Shown here in pieces: positions 39,248-42,078 of a stretch of 42,078 bases of DNA. Each line of letters starts with the position of its first letter. Positions within the stretch are counted from its first letter, which is position 1. The notes beneath the pieces were generated by a model. That model saw only the letters and a list, made by a program, of their open reading frames with translations, did no database searches and was not told the DNA's origin. Made by a program: the position numbers and the translations under genes. This stretch comes from Trichosphaerium sp. ATCC 40318 (taxonomy: Eukaryota > Protista > Tubulinea): the NCBI GenBank assembly GCA_038496445.1, contig JALMLS010000367.1:1-42078 (forward strand), read 5' to 3'.

Positions 39248-40333
39248 ATGTTTCCATTCGGTAGTAGGCGTAGTGATATTCGTAATGATGAATACAAACT
39301 TATAATTGAACCACATCAACGTTTTTTAGGAGTATTTTTGGGCGAAATAAACAGCGAAAAGCGTATGTTTACCTGTTCTCTAACACCAGGCCGTTCTGTG
39401 TATGACGAGGTGACAGTAGCAGTGAAAAGCCAAGTACGACGATTCAAAACAATTAATAGCCAACAGAAGCCAGGAACACAGTCTTAACTCTTAATAGGAA
39501 CCTAATGAGAAAAAAGAATACAGAACATGGAATCCATTCCAATCAAAGCTTGCAGCAGCAATCATCAGCGGTGTTATTAATATTCACATGGCGCCTGGAT
39601 CAAGAGTGCTCTACTTGGGTGCTGCATCTGGTATTACAGTCTCTCATGTGTCTGACATTGTTGGAGAGGTATGTTGCTTTGTAACAAATACCAGACTTAG
39701 TTACATACATTTTAGAAGGGTGTTGTTTATGCTGTAGAAGTTTCTCACAAACGTGGTCGTGAGTTGGTTGAAGTTGCCAAAAACAGACCAAATATTGTTC
39801 CAATCATTGAGGATGCCCGTTATCCACATAAATACAGGTAGAGTAGATAAAAGACAACTGCTTTCTACTCAATAACAAACTTAGAATGCTGGTCAATACA
39901 GTTGATTGCATCTCCTGATATTTCTACACGTGACCAAGCACATATTATTGGTGTGAATGCTCAATATTTCCTTTCAGATGGAGGAGGCTTTGTTATTTCT
40001 GTCCATGTACAAATGAAACCTTCTTTTTGTTGCCGTAACTGAAGGTTATTTAACTCACTCACTACCATAGGCCAAGCGGCAAATCTTTGGTGATGCAATG
40101 CTACCTGAGCAGTTTTACTCACAAACTGTAAAAGATCTAAGAGCAGAAAAGTTCAAGTACACCCTATTCTGTTCTTAAATTTACTTTGTTGCACACAAGC
40201 ATAAACTAAAAATGCTGTTTAGAAAACTTATAGTCTTACACCACTTAGGCCTAAGGAACAAATTACTCTGGAACCATATGAAACAAACCATGCTATAATT
40301 ATTGGAACTTACTTACCAAATAGAAAAAAATAG
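39248..40333 (+). pseudogene. Chimeric fibrillarin-like paralogue 3 (5' like paralogue 1, 3' like paralogue 2; apparent 2-nt deletion near 39912)
   Basis: Exon 1 and the first two introns match the 19.3-19.6 kb copy; introns from 39838 onward and the 3' flank match the 26.3-27.0 kb copy. Confidence 0.8.
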
Positions 40334-40584
40334 TTTCCCTTTCTGTTGATCAACGACAAGTAGCATGTATTAGCTTTTCTCACAACGTGCTATAGCACGC
40401 GAATAAACAGCGTCCATATTATGTTGGTAGTTCCTATAAACCAACACAGAAAGATACAACTGGTTTTGAGCAAAACACCAAAAAATACAGCCTGAAACAA
40501 AATGTCAATCGTTGTTTTCAATGAATAAAAAAGTTATAAAAATCTCTTCAATTGAACCCGTCACATCTCTTTGCTTTGTTTTTG

Positions 40585-41250
40585 ATGACTTCGGTAAATG
40601 CTCTACCCAATGAGATCCTTCAACACATATTCATGAACCTTTCTCCTCAACTATGCCACAACTGCTCTACAGTATGTGTAGTGATGAGCACACGTGTAAA
40701 TAACCACGCACACGTGACTAACGGTATTTAGGTTTCAAAAACTTGGTGTGCTGTTGTTGCGTTACCTACAACATGGATTAAACCGCTGTTAGCGGAAAAC
40801 GGCGTCAAATATGAAGATGGTAAGACTACAAATTATTTATGGAATAATAACGTCTACCAAGCATCTAAAATGCTTGAACTGTGTCGTGGTACATGGGTTG
40901 CGCTTGGACGCATACTTGTCAAACCTACCGTTGAATTACTACAGAAATATCCTCAAATTGATGCCGTACGTTAACAAACTACTGTATACAAACCACGTGA
41001 CAGTGAACCTAAAGTTTTTTGCATCACGTGATGTGCTCAATAACGAATTTTTTTTACTAAGTGATTTTTGCTTTAGTTTATACACAAGGACATCAGGCTA
41101 TGCAAAGAGGTGGAACAAACTGAGAAATCAAGCGATGGTTGTCTTTTCAGCATAGAATCTATACGCGTGTGTACAGTTGATGGATTTGTCAAACTGATTT
41201 GTCACAACACAAAGTTTGCTCATACAGAACTTGTTGATGACTTATGTTTC
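40585..41250 (+). pseudogene. Truncated F-box-RasGEF copy lacking the CDC25 domain
   Basis: Matches 26211->25545, then jumps to sequence downstream of the gene's stop codon. Confidence 0.85.
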
Positions 41251-41735
41251 ATCGTCATAACCAATATAAACAAATGCCGTTTGGCATTCACTTAGTCTAT
41301 TTTTAGTCCATGGAATTACTTCATCTCATCTTCAAAAAATCTGCGCATGAGGCACCAGTCACCAGGCGTCAAGTAAAAAAATGCTCACGTGTTTGTTTTA
41401 AAATAGAAAAACTCAAAAAAAATCTTGAATCTTGATAAAACCCAACCGAGGAGATTGTTTGTTTGTAGACATACTACTTATTGTAAGGTACGTAGATATA
41501 GGTTAAACGAACTGTTTATTAAGTTAAGCGCTGACATAGTCATAACTCGTCAAGGTACATCACACTTATTAACAAACAATAATTACAATACACCATCGAG
41601 AGCATAGCATCCACAATAACAAAAACAACACAAACAATTACGAAAAACACCAATAGCAACCAAAAAACATATCACAACAACAGCCATGGGTGTTAATTAT
41701 CAGGGTAAACGAAGAAATAGAGCTAACAAATCAAG

Positions 41736-42078
41736 ATCTCATACAAAACCAAAAAAAAAACACGTCCAAGACGCCAAAATCAACACCCATCACCACATTG
41801 GAAGAGAGGTAGAAAGAAAAGACGTACTTACAATGAAAGGCCACTATCTCTATATTGTTCGAGCCAAAATTATGCCCCTGTAAGCACAGGTTACTGTAGT
41901 TCAAGCCTTGAGTATTGTCCAACATATTCTCCTATAAGCCCAAGGTATGCTCCTATATCACCGGCAAGTCCAAAGTATTCTCCTACCAGCCCAAAGTATT
42001 CACCTACAAGTCCAATATATGCTCCTACATCACCAGCATATGCTCCTGCAAGTCCAAAGTACTCTCCTACAAGTCCAA
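41736..42078 (+). CDS. Partial ORF: basic NLS-like stretch followed by RNA Pol II CTD-like heptad repeats (runs off window; start codon not resolved)
   Basis: Open frame [12 protein letters not shown]...[14 protein letters not shown]...[55 protein letters not shown]. Confidence 0.7.
   Translation, partial: MSYKTKKKTRPRRQNQHPSPHWKRGRKKRRTYNERPLSLYCSSQNYAPVSTGYCSSSLEYCPTYSPISPRYAPISPASPKYSPTSPKYSPTSPIYAPTSPAYAPASPKYSPTSP

Larger units (their letters stand above)
35195..41925 (-). repeat. Inverted, rearranged segmental duplication of ~19.2-28.9 kb
   Basis: Reverse-complement matches: 35195-35270~28935-28875; 35660-36205~28520-27975; 36280-39750~22890-19250; 39750-41250~27060-25545; 41286-41400~23900-23785; 41596-41922~23590-23262. 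Confidence 0.93.

Noticed and set aside
41923-42078. Calling this RPB1
   Set aside because: No polymerase domains lie upstream; only heptads are visible.
1-42078. Giant-virus genome or integrated provirus
   Set aside because: Most genes have spliceosomal introns, and I saw no capsid, packaging ATPase, DNA polymerase or integrase.

Overview
AT-rich eukaryotic (protist-like) nuclear DNA with many short GT-AG introns (donors often GTACG/GTATG/GTAAG, CTAAC-like branch points), so the ORF track fragments most genes. Recognisable genes: an ankyrin-repeat protein, a carnitine/choline acyltransferase, an RDH/WWOX-type SDR, three F-box proteins (orphan, F-box-RasGEF, F-box-HEAT) plus two F-box-like/MORN-variant genes, an LRR surface receptor, a secreted DUF4832-like hydrolase with ricin-type lectin, an atypical Rho/Rac GTPase, three divergent fibrillarin paralogues, a nucleoside hydrolase, a GPI-type CAP-like surface protein and a LamG-like surface protein. 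About 35.2-42.1 kb is an inverted, order-permuted, reciprocally decayed copy of about 19-28.9 kb, and it ends in RNA Pol II CTD-like heptads with no polymerase domain upstream. Two window-wide signals stand out: strong over-representation of the palindrome CACGTG, and a C-terminal membrane-anchor module shared by two unrelated surface proteins. Exon boundaries were read by eye, family calls are from motif recognition without database searches, and several frameshifts may be homopolymer sequencing errors.
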